A DNA stretch of 64,000 nucleotides from Candidatus Omnitrophota bacterium (lineage in GTDB: Bacteria > Omnitrophota > Gorgyraeia > Zapsychrales > Zapsychraceae). The stretch lies in NCBI GenBank assembly GCA_029261055.1, contig JAJDCA010000071.1, forward strand, positions 25,778-89,777, written 5' to 3'. How positions within the stretch are numbered: position 1 is the first letter of the stretch; each line of letters begins with the position of its first letter. Shown piece after piece: positions 1 through 9,223 of this stretch. Below the pieces are notes generated by a model. The model did no database searches. It was given only the letters and a program-made list of their open reading frames with translations, and was not told the origin of the DNA. A program made the translations under genes and the position numbers.

Positions 1-1566
1 AGCCAAATTCAATGGCAAGAAGTGCAAGAGGAAGAAAGGCGTGCGGATGAACCTGTTCGTAAGGTATTGTTGAGATTAGGGGTTATTTCTGAAGAAGATT
101 TGGTTAATTTTATATCCCAGCATATGAATATTCCAAGAATTGAATTAAATAATTATTTGATTGATTCGAAAGTGATTGAATTAATTCCGGAGGATTTAGC
201 CCGCAAACATCAATTAATTCCGATTCTTAAAATAGGTAAAAGCGTGACGTGTGCCATGGTGGATGTTTTTAATATTTATGCGATGGATGAAATATCTTTA
301 AAAACAGGTTTAACCATAGAACCTGCTGTCGCAACAGAAGAAGAAATTAAGAAAGCTCTCGATGAACAGTATACGGTGCAAGGAAGTATGAGTGATGTTA
401 TCAAAGGCCTTGATGAACATAAAATAGGGGTGAAAGAAGGGGAAGATATTGAGGTTGACCGACTAAAAGGAATAGGAGAAGAGCCTCCGGTTATTAAATT
501 GGTGAATATGATGGTGGCACAAGCTGTGCGTGAAGGGGCCTCTGATATTCACGTAGAGCCGGAAGAAAATTTATTAAAAGTGAGGTTTCGTATTGATGGG
601 ATTTTGCATGAAAAAGATTCACCCCCGAAGCATTTTCAATCGGCTATTATTTCACGCATAAAGATTTTGTCGGATATGAATATATCTGAACGAAGAAGGC
701 CGCAGGATGGACGGTTTCAAATGAAAATGGATAATAGGCAAATTGATGTGCGTGTATCCAGTGTGCCGACGGTGTATGGTGAGAATATGGTTATGCGACT
801 TTTAGATACAAGTAATATTATCTTGGGTCTTGATCAAATTGGTTTTCATAAAGATATATTAGAGACTTACAGAAATATTCTTAAAAAACCCAATGGCATA
901 ATTTTAGTAACCGGTCCAACGGGAAGTGGTAAAACGACGACGCTTTATGCATCTTTAAATTCTATTAATACGCCTGACAAGGGAATAGTTACCATAGAAG
1001 ATCCTGTGGAATATCGTCTGGCTGGGGTTCGTCAAATGCAAATTAATCCGGATGTGGATTTAACATTTGCAAATGGTTTACGCTCAATTTTAAGGCAGGA
1101 TCCGGATATTATTATGGTGGGTGAAATCAGAGATTTAGAAACAGCAGAAATTGCTATTCAAGCCGCCTTGACGGGGCATTTGGTTTTTGCAACCTTACAT
1201 ACAAACAATGCCTCAGGAGCTATGGCTCGTCTTATTGATTTAGGCGTTGAGCCATTTTTATTATCGTCATCCATTATTGGTGTTATTGCGCAAAGGTTAA
1301 TCCGAACATTATGTAAAGAATGTCAGGGGCAGGGATGTAAAGTTTGTTTAAATACAGGGTATAAGGGAAGAAATGGAATATATGAATTGTTGATACCAAA
1401 TGATGAAATACGGCAACTGACAATGAGTAAGTCCTCCGTCGAAGAAATTCAAAAGGCGGCGATTAATTCAGGAATGAAAACATTGAACGATGACGGAATG
1501 TCAAAGGTCGAGCAGGGGATGACTTCAAAAGAAGAGATTCTTCGTGTGACACAGGAGGAGGCATAA
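1..1566 (+). CDS. Type II secretion / type IV pilus assembly ATPase (GspE/PilB family); the 5' end is probably truncated by the window edge
   Basis: Reading frame is open to position 1. Has a T2SSE_N-like N-domain, Walker A GPTGSGKTTT, a tetracysteine motif CKECQGQGCKVC and the Asp/His boxes typical of GspE/PilB. Confidence 0.9.
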   Translation, partial: SQIQWQEVQEEERRADEPVRKVLLRLGVISEEDLVNFISQHMNIPRIELNNYLIDSKVIELIPEDLARKHQLIPILKIGKSVTCAMVDVFNIYAMDEISLKTGLTIEPAVATEEEIKKALDEQYTVQGSMSDVIKGLDEHKIGVKEGEDIEVDRLKGIGEEPPVIKLVNMMVAQAVREGASDIHVEPEENLLKVRFRIDGILHEKDSPPKHFQSAIISRIKILSDMNISERRRPQDGRFQMKMDNRQIDVRVSSVPTVYGENMVMRLLDTSNIILGLDQIGFHKDILETYRNILKKPNGIILVTGPTGSGKTTTLYASLNSINTPDKGIVTIEDPVEYRLAGVRQMQINPDVDLTFANGLRSILRQDPDIIMVGEIRDLETAEIAIQAALTGHLVFATLHTNNASGAMARLIDLGVEPFLLSSSIIGVIAQRLIRTLCKECQGQGCKVCLNTGYKGRNGIYELLIPNDEIRQLTMSKSSVEEIQKAAINSGMKTLNDDGMSKVEQGMTSKEEILRVTQEEA

Positions 1567-1567
1567 T

Positions 1568-2788
1568 ATGCCGACATTTGTTTATAAAGCGCGTGATGAG
1601 GTTGGAAAATCTATTGCCGGTATCATGGAGGCTGCTTCAGAAAATGAACTTATCAATAAATTGAGAAAATTAAGTTATATGCCGGTAAGTGTTGAGGAGT
1701 CTGTTCAAAAGATTGCAACGGAGGGTAAAAAATCAAGCCACTCTTTTAAAAAGATAAAATCTGAAGACAAGATTATGTTTAATATGCAGTTAGCAAGTAT
1801 GCTTGATGCCGGTATCACATTGCTCAGTGCATTAAATATAATATCAAAGCAAATACAGAATGAGAATTTTAAAAGTGTCATTGAGAAAATTACACAATCT
1901 GTTTCCGCAGGGGCTTCTCTTTCAGAATCTTTGGTGCAACACCCGACGGTTTTTTCCAGTTTGTTTGTAAGTATGGTGAGAGCTGGAGAGACGGGAGGAA
2001 AGCTTAATGAGATTTTAAACAGACTAGCTATTTACTTAGAGAAACAAGAAGAATTAAAGCAGAAAATTAATGGAGCACTTTTTTATCCAATGATATTGAT
2101 CGTCGCCGGTCTATTGGTTATTCTTGTGATCGTGACATTTGTCATACCAAAATTCATTGTGATTTTTGATAAAGCGGATGTTGTTCTTCCTTTACCAACG
2201 CAGATACTTTATGGATTTGGAATCGCGGTCAAAAAGTTTTGGTATTTAATGATTTTGGGTGGTTTTTTAGTAAGTTTGGCTATTAAATCTTTTATTAATT
2301 CGCCGAAGGGTAGGTTTAAATTTGATCAGTTAAAACTTAAAATACCGATTGTTGGATCAGTTGTACGAAAAGTTGTGGTGGCACGGTTTACCCGAACGCT
2401 GGCAACTTTAGTCGATAGCGGGGTATCTATGATGCAGTCTCTGGATATCATGCAGGATGTTGTGGGAAATGAAGTTTTTCGTCGTGTTATTGGGCAAGTG
2501 CGGAAAAGCGTTGAAAGAGGGGAACGATTAGATCAACCATTAAAAATGAGTGGTGAATTTCCTGATGATGCGGTTCATATGATTTCTGTAGGAGAGGAGA
2601 CAGGGAAGTTGGGGCCAATGTTAAACAAAATAGCAGATTTTTATGATACAAGTATTGACTATCAAGTTAGGAAATTAACAACTCTTATTGAACCAATTTT
2701 TATCACAATTATGGGGGGCGTGGTAGGATTTATTATGGCGTCAATGCTTATACCCATTTTTGATATGGTTAAAACAATACAAAGATAA
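1568..2788 (+). CDS. Type II secretion / type IV pilus inner-membrane platform protein (GspF/PilC family)
   Basis: 406 aa with two T2SSF-like repeats and 3 TM segments. Follows gspE immediately with a 1-nt gap. Confidence 0.88.
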   Translation: MPTFVYKARDEVGKSIAGIMEAASENELINKLRKLSYMPVSVEESVQKIATEGKKSSHSFKKIKSEDKIMFNMQLASMLDAGITLLSALNIISKQIQNENFKSVIEKITQSVSAGASLSESLVQHPTVFSSLFVSMVRAGETGGKLNEILNRLAIYLEKQEELKQKINGALFYPMILIVAGLLVILVIVTFVIPKFIVIFDKADVVLPLPTQILYGFGIAVKKFWYLMILGGFLVSLAIKSFINSPKGRFKFDQLKLKIPIVGSVVRKVVVARFTRTLATLVDSGVSMMQSLDIMQDVVGNEVFRRVIGQVRKSVERGERLDQPLKMSGEFPDDAVHMISVGEETGKLGPMLNKIADFYDTSIDYQVRKLTTLIEPIFITIMGGVVGFIMASMLIPIFDMVKTIQR

Positions 2789-2799
2789 AATTAACTTTA

Positions 2800-2920
2800 A
2801 GAAATGACGTTCCTCGGAGCAAGTACGCAAGGTATTGACTTAAAACATTACAACGAGGCAAGCCTCGGGGAATTGAACCCGTTTGAGATTGGCTAAATAA
2901 TTTGTTCAGCCAATCTCTTA
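2800..2920. repeat. Type B element copy 1, in reverse orientation
   Basis: Reverse complement reads TTAATTAAGAGATTGGCTGAACAAATTATTTAGCCAATCTCAAACGGGTTCAATTCCCCGAGGCTTGCCTCG.... Confidence 0.8.
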
Positions 2921-2945
2921 ATTAAATTAAAAAAGGAGAAGTTAA

Positions 2946-3392
2946 ATGAAGAGGAAAGGTTTTACAATTATTGAATTATTAGTCGTTATTGCTGTCATTT
3001 CGATCCTGATTGGAATCGCTGTGCCCCGAATTAAAGGTATGCAGGATCAGGCGAATATGACCAAAGCGGAAGCTGAAACAAAGACAATTAAGGTGGCCAT
3101 TGAATCTTATTACATAAACCAAACTCCAAATGCCTACCCAGCATCGTCTACGACAATTGTAAATACAACATTGGATAATCAAACGCCGCTGATTATTTCG
3201 GATATTTTATATGATCCATTCTTAACGACGAGTACGGAATATAATTATATCAAATCAAGTAATGGTCAGTATTATGTCATATTTTCTGTTGGCCCGGATG
3301 GGGTTGCGGATATTACAGGCATAAGTGATGCTGGTGTTTTAGCAGGGGCTGATGATGATGATCTTTATGCAACCAATGGGACAGGGTTCTAA
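2946..3392 (+). CDS. Major pseudopilin / pilin with prepilin-type N-terminus (GspG/PulG-like)
   Basis: N-terminus MKRKGFTIIELLVVIAVISIL carries the class III signal and the G|FTxxE methylation motif. An AAGGAG RBS lies upstream. Confidence 0.85.
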   Translation: MKRKGFTIIELLVVIAVISILIGIAVPRIKGMQDQANMTKAEAETKTIKVAIESYYINQTPNAYPASSTTIVNTTLDNQTPLIISDILYDPFLTTSTEYNYIKSSNGQYYVIFSVGPDGVADITGISDAGVLAGADDDDLYATNGTGF

Positions 3393-3753
3393 TAGAAAAG
3401 GTTTTTCTTTAATTGAAGTCATTATAACGATTGTTCTTTTGACGGTCGGTGTTATTTCGATCTTGCAGATGTTTAGCATCGGACTGTTTGCAGACGCAGA
3501 AACAGAGAATCAAACAACCGCTTTTTATTTGGCTCAAGAAAAGATGGAAGAAGTTCGTGACGCTTCATCTTACGCGAATATTGATTCTTTTGCGGCATCT
3601 AAAACAGCCCTAACCGGGAGTTTTATTGACTTTTCTCGTGAGGTTACTGTTTCTGGAACACCTAAGCAGGTCAATGTTATTGTTTATTGGAATGTTAAAG
3701 GGGCGGAGCAGAGTGTTGATTTGGTTTCATTATTTGCCGATTATAATTACTGA
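3376..3753 (+). CDS. Minor pseudopilin (GspI/PilV-like), prepilin-type N-terminus
   Basis: MGQGSNRKGFSLIEVIITIVLLTVGV contains the G|FSLIE prepilin motif. The longer ORF-track start at 3352 overlaps the upstream gene, so an internal ATG near 3376 is more plausible. Confidence 0.75.
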   Translation: MGQGSNRKGFSLIEVIITIVLLTVGVISILQMFSIGLFADAETENQTTAFYLAQEKMEEVRDASSYANIDSFAASKTALTGSFIDFSREVTVSGTPKQVNVIVYWNVKGAEQSVDLVSLFADYNY

Positions 3754-3789
3754 TGAAAAAACAAGGGTTTACCCCGTTAGAGATAAAAA

Positions 3790-4539
3790 ATGTACTTCAC
3801 GTATGTTATTAAAAGTAAAAAAGATAATAATTGGTATACAGGGTATACCAAGGATTTACGAAATCGGATTAAAGAGCATAATGAAGGAAATGTCTTTTCA
3901 ACAAAAACTAGAAGGCCTTTCGAGTTAATATATTATGAAGCATGTCTTAATGAAAAAGATGCTATAGCTAGAGAAAAATATTTAAAATCGGGGATGGGGA
4001 AAAGATACTTAAAAAATCGATTGAAGGTGTTTTTATCTCTAACGGGGTTTACCATATTAGAGATCCTCATCGTCATTCTCGCTTTAACGATTGTCGTTGG
4101 GGTGGTTAATAATGTGTATATCGTAGGGCTAGATTTGTGGAGTGAAGGAATTAGTCGTTCAAGTATTAGAACAGATCTTTCTCAAGCTTTAGAATTAGTC
4201 AGTAAAAATTTAAGAAGAGCAACAAGTATCGATGCCATAACAGCCAGCAGCATTACTTTTACAGCTGATTTAGGCGGTGGGAGTAGCTCATACCGCGTGT
4301 ATCTCTACAATGCATCTGATTCAGAGCCGAACCCTCCTTATTCACAAGATAATTATGATTTGCGTTGGGCGCAAGGAACAACGACTTACGGTTCCGGGGC
4401 TAATTTAGCAACAGATATTGCGCAGCCAATCAATACTCCTTTTACTCAAAATGGTAATGTGATCACTTTAGACTTAACGGCGACGCGAGGAGAAGAAACG
4501 GTAAGGTTGCGTTCAAACGTTAGGCCAAGGAATTTGTGA
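3790..4539 (+). CDS. In-frame fusion of a complete GIY-YIG nuclease domain (YhbQ/UPF0213-like, aa 1-~80) with a GspJ/PilW-like pseudopilin. The pseudopilin part could alternatively initiate at TTG 4021 or GTG 4027
   Basis: N-terminus YFTYVIKS..NWYTGYTKDLRNRIKEHN...AREKYLK matches the GIY-YIG signature. It reads without a stop into ...K-V-F-L-S-L-T-G|F-T-I-L-E-I-L (prepilin motif) and a C-terminal pseudopilin body. Confidence 0.7.
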   Translation: MYFTYVIKSKKDNNWYTGYTKDLRNRIKEHNEGNVFSTKTRRPFELIYYEACLNEKDAIAREKYLKSGMGKRYLKNRLKVFLSLTGFTILEILIVILALTIVVGVVNNVYIVGLDLWSEGISRSSIRTDLSQALELVSKNLRRATSIDAITASSITFTADLGGGSSSYRVYLYNASDSEPNPPYSQDNYDLRWAQGTTTYGSGANLATDIAQPINTPFTQNGNVITLDLTATRGEETVRLRSNVRPRNL

Positions 4540-5624
4540 AGATGTCCAGAAAGATCGGTTTTAATCAGCGTGGCGTTGTTCTTATTCTCACGTTTATTAT
4601 TATGGTGAGTTTAATCGTCGTGGCTTCTTCATATATTTTTTTGGTTACGTATGACACGAGGAATGTTGGGGGACAGAAAAGTAATGTATCTGCATTTTAT
4701 TTGGCAGAAGCGGGGCTCAATAAAGCTATTTATTATTTATTAAACACAGCCCCAGATAGTTCAACGGATAGTTCGTGGCGCACCACGGCTTATCCAGCCG
4801 TTCCTGGTGCTGGAAATACGGATCCGCAGCAAGAATCATTAGGAGGTGGGACGTACACAATGTGGGTTGAGACATCTGGAAGTGACGTTCAGATTACTGC
4901 CCGCGGGACCGCCAATGGCATTGAGCGAATCATTCGACAGGCTGTGTCGTATTCGGCGGGCGGGAGCGTCCCCGAAGCATTGACTTATGCAAATCATGCG
5001 GGGGGGAATGTTACCTTTGATGGCGCTCATAATGGAACAGTCACAGGGAATATCGGGGCGCAAGGAAACATTGAGGATTCCAGTAATATTACGGTCAACG
5101 GAACAGAGTCAGACAGTTCAAGTATTGTTACCCCGACGGTTGATTATAGTGAATATGAAAATATAGCGGATACCGTCGTTAACGGGAATAAAACATTTTC
5201 TAAAAACAATACGTATTCCGGGATTTGGTATGTGAAAGGGAATGCTATTATTGAAAAGAGTGTTACCATAAACGGGTCGTTGATTGTCGAGGGAGATATC
5301 GAAATAAAGAATGTGAATAATGTTGATATCACAGCTACGTCTCCTTACCCGGCGCTAGTAGCGCAAGGCAATATTGATTTAAGTGAGTCAAATAATATTA
5401 ATATTACCGGGCCTATTTTTTCTGAAGGGAATCTCGTTTTTAAGGATATTGTAAATGTCGGCGTCATCGGTAGCATGGTTGCCGATGGAAATATAGAATT
5501 TGGGGATTCAAATAATTTTAGTGTCACCTTTGCTTCAAGCGACCCTCCGTATTTTTCTGGTGGAGAAGTTGGAGGAGTCGGGGCTTCCATAAATGCAGTT
5601 GCCAACAATTGGGAAGAAATGTAA
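4536..5624 (+). CDS. Large minor pseudopilin (GspK/PilX-like) with parallel beta-helix-like N[IV]xxxG repeats
   Basis: An N-terminal hydrophobic helix follows the short leader MKMSRKIGFNQRG. It has repeated NITVNG / NIDLSESNNINITG segments and overlaps the upstream stop (GTGAAGATG). Confidence 0.7.
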   Translation: MKMSRKIGFNQRGVVLILTFIIMVSLIVVASSYIFLVTYDTRNVGGQKSNVSAFYLAEAGLNKAIYYLLNTAPDSSTDSSWRTTAYPAVPGAGNTDPQQESLGGGTYTMWVETSGSDVQITARGTANGIERIIRQAVSYSAGGSVPEALTYANHAGGNVTFDGAHNGTVTGNIGAQGNIEDSSNITVNGTESDSSSIVTPTVDYSEYENIADTVVNGNKTFSKNNTYSGIWYVKGNAIIEKSVTINGSLIVEGDIEIKNVNNVDITATSPYPALVAQGNIDLSESNNINITGPIFSEGNLVFKDIVNVGVIGSMVADGNIEFGDSNNFSVTFASSDPPYFSGGEVGGVGASINAVANNWEEM

Positions 5625-7318
5625 TGGCTGAAATTGATTTCAAAAAACTAAAGTTACAAAAAAAATTAGCTGCGGGAAAAACGACGATTGGCATTGATAT
5701 TGGAACAAGTTCAATCAATATTGCTCAAATGGCGAAATATAAAGGAAAGCCCACATTAATAAAAACAGCCATTGTTTGTATTGAAAAAAAAGTTGATGAA
5801 GATAAAGGGCAGACAACATTAAAAGCTTTGAACAAAGCCTTATCCAATTTTAATACAAAGAATGCAAAGTTGGCCTGTGTTGTGAATTGTCCACAAACAT
5901 GTGTTAGAAAAGTTATTACGCCTTATATGCCTAAGGATGAGCTTAAAGGAGCTGTTGGTCTGGAGGTCAAACAATCCATTCCGTTTCCATTCGAGGAAGC
6001 GGTTTTAGATTTTAATGTTATTGAGGACGTTCGGGATAAAGGTGTTGAAAAATTAAGTGTTATTGTGGCGGCTTCTCCAAAAGAAACGATTGCGCAATTG
6101 CTTTCTTATTTTATAAAGAAAAAGGCAAAGCCATTTACAGGAGCAATAAGTAAAAAATTTGAAGGCAAAGAGCTTGAGAATCCTTTAGGGATAAAACTTT
6201 CAGGGCTTTTGCCAATGTCGTTATGCATAGAAAATATTATTGAAAAATCAAATTTAAAAATGTCGGAGACTTTGGTTGCGGTTGAAATAGGGACGGTTGT
6301 TACGGAATTAAATATTTTTAAGAATTCACGATTACAATTTTCTCGGAAGATACCATTTTCAGGACAAGATATCACAAAAAGTTTAACAGGTGCATTAATG
6401 ACGGAGCAAGGAAAAGTTGAATTAACATTAGAAGAAGCCGAACAAATTAAAAGAAAATATGGGGTTCCGAGAGTCGAAGATAATCAAATTGTAGACGGTA
6501 AGATTACAACTAATCATATATTATCTTTGGTCCGACCGAAAGTCGAACAATTGGCGAATGAAATTGAACGGTCATTTGATTTTTATCGAGAAGAAATGCA
6601 TGGGGATAAGATTGACAGGATTGTATTGTTTGGAGGTGGGGCACAACTTAAAGGCTTGGATGAATTTTTAAGTAAGGAATTAGAACTCGAAGTTAACTTG
6701 GCTAATCCTTTGGAAGATATTGATATTTTAGATGATGAAGTGGTGGAAAATGCGATGGATGCGCATAAGTTAGTGTTAGCTATTGGAGCCGCTTCAAGCA
6801 GCATGAAAGGAATTAATCTTTTACCCGTGGAAACAAAGGGGGAATCAAATTCTTCGGTTCAAAAGGTTGCATTGAGTTCAGGTGTTTTTTCAGTGGCAAT
6901 ATTATTATTGGTAGCATATGGCGTTATAAAAAATAAAGAGATGTCCCTAAACAAGAGTTATCAATTGGACAATGCAGAATTGATGCAGTTGATGCCTCAA
7001 TTACAACAATTAAAAGAAAAGAAAAAGATTGATCAATTATTGGCAAGAAGGCCTTCTTGGAGTGCGGCTTTAAAAGAGATTAGCCATATTGTTCCGGTTA
7101 ATATGTATTTGATGGATATGGATTTAAATGATAATAGTTTGAGCTTAAAAGGTGTTATTGAGCATGGAGAAGTTTCACCCGAAAATTTAATTTCTCAATT
7201 TATGGTAAATTTAGAGCGCGGAATTTTTAATAATGTGAAATTAATTAAAATAGAAAAAAAAGAAGATAAGTTGTCTGCACTGCATTTTGAAATTAAATGT
7301 CAGGTGAATATTAAATGA
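5624..7318 (+). CDS. PilM-PilN fusion: an actin-like pilus assembly ATPase-fold protein fused to a PilN-like TM/coiled-coil module
   Basis: The N-terminal ~380 aa are PilM-like (IGIDIGTSSINIAQ...). A TM helix VALSSGVFSVAILLLVAYGVI and a coiled-coil periplasmic region typical of PilN follow. The ATG at 5624 overlaps the upstream TAA, and the ORF-track start at 5609 is TTG. Confidence 0.8.
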   Translation: MAEIDFKKLKLQKKLAAGKTTIGIDIGTSSINIAQMAKYKGKPTLIKTAIVCIEKKVDEDKGQTTLKALNKALSNFNTKNAKLACVVNCPQTCVRKVITPYMPKDELKGAVGLEVKQSIPFPFEEAVLDFNVIEDVRDKGVEKLSVIVAASPKETIAQLLSYFIKKKAKPFTGAISKKFEGKELENPLGIKLSGLLPMSLCIENIIEKSNLKMSETLVAVEIGTVVTELNIFKNSRLQFSRKIPFSGQDITKSLTGALMTEQGKVELTLEEAEQIKRKYGVPRVEDNQIVDGKITTNHILSLVRPKVEQLANEIERSFDFYREEMHGDKIDRIVLFGGGAQLKGLDEFLSKELELEVNLANPLEDIDILDDEVVENAMDAHKLVLAIGAASSSMKGINLLPVETKGESNSSVQKVALSSGVFSVAILLLVAYGVIKNKEMSLNKSYQLDNAELMQLMPQLQQLKEKKKIDQLLARRPSWSAALKEISHIVPVNMYLMDMDLNDNSLSLKGVIEHGEVSPENLISQFMVNLERGIFNNVKLIKIEKKEDKLSALHFEIKCQVNIK

Positions 7319-7833
7319 TGACTATTAATATAAGCAAAAAACAAAAAGTAGCTTTGATTCTTGGGGCTGTTTTTGTGGTCGGAACTCTATTAATCATATT
7401 TATTTATTTGCCAATATTGAACGAGTCGCAGAAGTTAATTTATAAATCTTTAGAAGTAGGTGAAAATGTTCAAGGTGTTAAAAATATTCTTAAAATTCAA
7501 AGCCAAAAAGAAAGGGTTGGTCGTCTTATTAATTATGATGGAGTTGCTTTGGCATTGAATGAAATAACAAGTGTCGGTCAGAAGAATCAAATAAATTTTA
7601 TTTTGATTAGGCCTAAAGATGTTCAAAAAATGGAGTCTTTCGAATACAATCAATTGCCGATTCAGATTAATTTAGAATCGACGTACAAAAATCTTGGCCG
7701 ATTTTTGCGAGATTTAGAACAATTAAAAGAAAGTTTTGTATTTGTGAAAAGTTTTAGAGTGAAACGCGATGAAAATATTTTGCCGTTAATTAAAACAAAT
7801 ATGGTTATTGAGGTTTTGTTAAAAGATGGATAA
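7315..7833 (+). CDS. PilO-like pilus assembly protein
   Basis: Single N-terminal TM. The C-terminal motif INLESTYKNLGRFLRDLEQL resembles the conserved PilO segment. Overlaps pilMN by 4 nt. Confidence 0.7.
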   Translation: MMTINISKKQKVALILGAVFVVGTLLIIFIYLPILNESQKLIYKSLEVGENVQGVKNILKIQSQKERVGRLINYDGVALALNEITSVGQKNQINFILIRPKDVQKMESFEYNQLPIQINLESTYKNLGRFLRDLEQLKESFVFVKSFRVKRDENILPLIKTNMVIEVLLKDG

Positions 7834-8365
7834 GGCTACCAAAGAAAAAAAATTAAAGATGCTGTTACCGATCCTGGGGCTTATTTCTATTTTTGTTTGG
7901 CTGCCAATGCTTAAAGGGTCTAACTCTAAAGGGAAACAATCGGCCAGTCAAATGAGCTATCCATCGATATCGGATATAAATGATTTATTTGTCTCGGTTC
8001 AGGCGATGGGTAAAGAAAAAGAAAAGACGTTGAGCAGATATAAAAATTGGGGACGAAGTCCTTTTGTTTCGATGCGTAGTTTAAAAAACTCTTCGGAAGG
8101 TTTTTCAGAAACTATTGTGGAAAAGCATTCAAATGATCCTGATCTGAAAGAAGAAAAGGTTTCTGTTTCTGATCCAGATGCAATTTTTGATGAATTGGTA
8201 TTAAATGGTATTGTTTGGAACAGCAAAAATCCTAGCGCAATAATTAATGATAACGTTGTTTGGGTTGGGGCAGATATAGATGGTTTTAAGGTTTTGGAAA
8301 TAAACTCTGACAGTGTCATCATCATAAATGATGGGGAGGATACCTATAAATTAGGACTCAAGTAA
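7826..8365 (+). CDS. PilP/GspC-like periplasmic pilus assembly protein
   Basis: N-terminal TM, a low-complexity linker, then a C-terminal beta domain (IVWNSKNPSAIINDNVVWVGADIDGFKVLEINSDSVIIINDGEDTYKLGL) like PilP. Confidence 0.55.
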   Translation: MDKATKEKKLKMLLPILGLISIFVWLPMLKGSNSKGKQSASQMSYPSISDINDLFVSVQAMGKEKEKTLSRYKNWGRSPFVSMRSLKNSSEGFSETIVEKHSNDPDLKEEKVSVSDPDAIFDELVLNGIVWNSKNPSAIINDNVVWVGADIDGFKVLEINSDSVIIINDGEDTYKLGLK

Positions 8366-8533
8366 ATCTAAGAATTTAACTATTAGTTATATTTTAAATA
8401 ATATATGATTTTCATTTAAAAAAACTTTTTGAGTATTTTATGTTTATGCTAACGACAAAATTCTTGACTTTAAAAATGGCTTATGGTAGGGTTTTGTAAA
8501 AATAAATCAGTGAACATCGGAGGAGGGAATTGT

Positions 8534-9145
8534 ATGCCTAAGAAATATTTAGGGTTTGCATCGCTAATTTTGTTAACAATGAGTGTTTTTGTCTTCAGCG
8601 GGTGTACGTTTATCTTTCAAAAGGGCCGCCGAGTTGACGTCGAAAAAATTTCTGTATTAAAAAACCAATTAAGTGAAATGGAACGGGCTAAGGCTGAATT
8701 AGAACGCCGGCTTCAGGATGAAATTGGCAATAATGAAGTGCGGATTGATATGCAAGACAAAGGATTGGTTATTACCTTTGTGGCCGAAGTTTTGTTTGCT
8801 TCGGGTAAAGATGCCTTGCGTGGGGGAGCGGCTGGTAAATTAAGTAAAGTCGCTAAAGTTTTGAATACCACGGTCAAGGATTATAATGTTGGAGTTGAGG
8901 GCCATACGGATAATATCCCGATTAAACATTCCGGATGGAAATCGAATTGGGAGCTTTCTTCAGCCAGGGCATTGAGTGTATTGCATTATCTTAAGGATAA
9001 GCACAGTGTCCCACCGCGTCGTTTGTCAGCTACGGGTTATGGTGAATTTCATCCTATTGATTCTAATGATGTAAAAGAAGGGCGACAAAGGAATCGTCGG
9101 GTTGAGATTGTTATTCTTCCCAAGGTAACAAAGAAGGGGCGTTAG
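8534..9145 (+). CDS. OmpA/MotB C-terminal domain lipoprotein (peptidoglycan-associated)
   Basis: A GGAGG RBS precedes the ATG at 8534. Has a lipoprotein signal ...VFVFSGC, a coiled-coil, then the OmpA_C motifs GHTDNIP...NWELSSARA...NRRVEIV. Confidence 0.85.
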   Translation: MPKKYLGFASLILLTMSVFVFSGCTFIFQKGRRVDVEKISVLKNQLSEMERAKAELERRLQDEIGNNEVRIDMQDKGLVITFVAEVLFASGKDALRGGAAGKLSKVAKVLNTTVKDYNVGVEGHTDNIPIKHSGWKSNWELSSARALSVLHYLKDKHSVPPRRLSATGYGEFHPIDSNDVKEGRQRNRRVEIVILPKVTKKGR

Positions 9146-9223
9146 TTGACAAATAATATTTAAGTTATAGGCGGACGACTTAAGCGTCTAGTCAATTTTA
9201 AGGGAGCAACCCGCAAGTTAAAT

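Noticed and set aside
2979-3182. Small antisense ORFs inside confident genes, including 2979..3182, 4839..5063, 5345..5608, 6106..6375, 10565..10873, 12763..13044, 22818..23117, 24201..24632, 25217..25543, 28810..29082, 46085..46417 and 56630..56890
   Set aside because: All are embedded antisense or out of frame within long genes with clear homology. They lack RBS and recognisable domains and are typical AT-rich-genome ORF noise.
3626-3928. 100-aa plus-strand ORF spanning the pseudopilin/GIY-YIG junction in another frame
   Set aside because: It overlaps two well-supported genes, has no RBS and no domain. Likely spurious.
5609-5623. TTG start at 5609 for the pilMN gene
   Set aside because: The ATG at 5624 overlaps the upstream TAA in a typical coupled arrangement (TAATG) and gives a canonical PilM N-terminus.
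9146-9180. TTGACA at 9146 as a promoter for the coiled-coil gene
   Set aside because: No acceptable -10 hexamer at 16-18 nt spacing (only TATAGG). Left unannotated.
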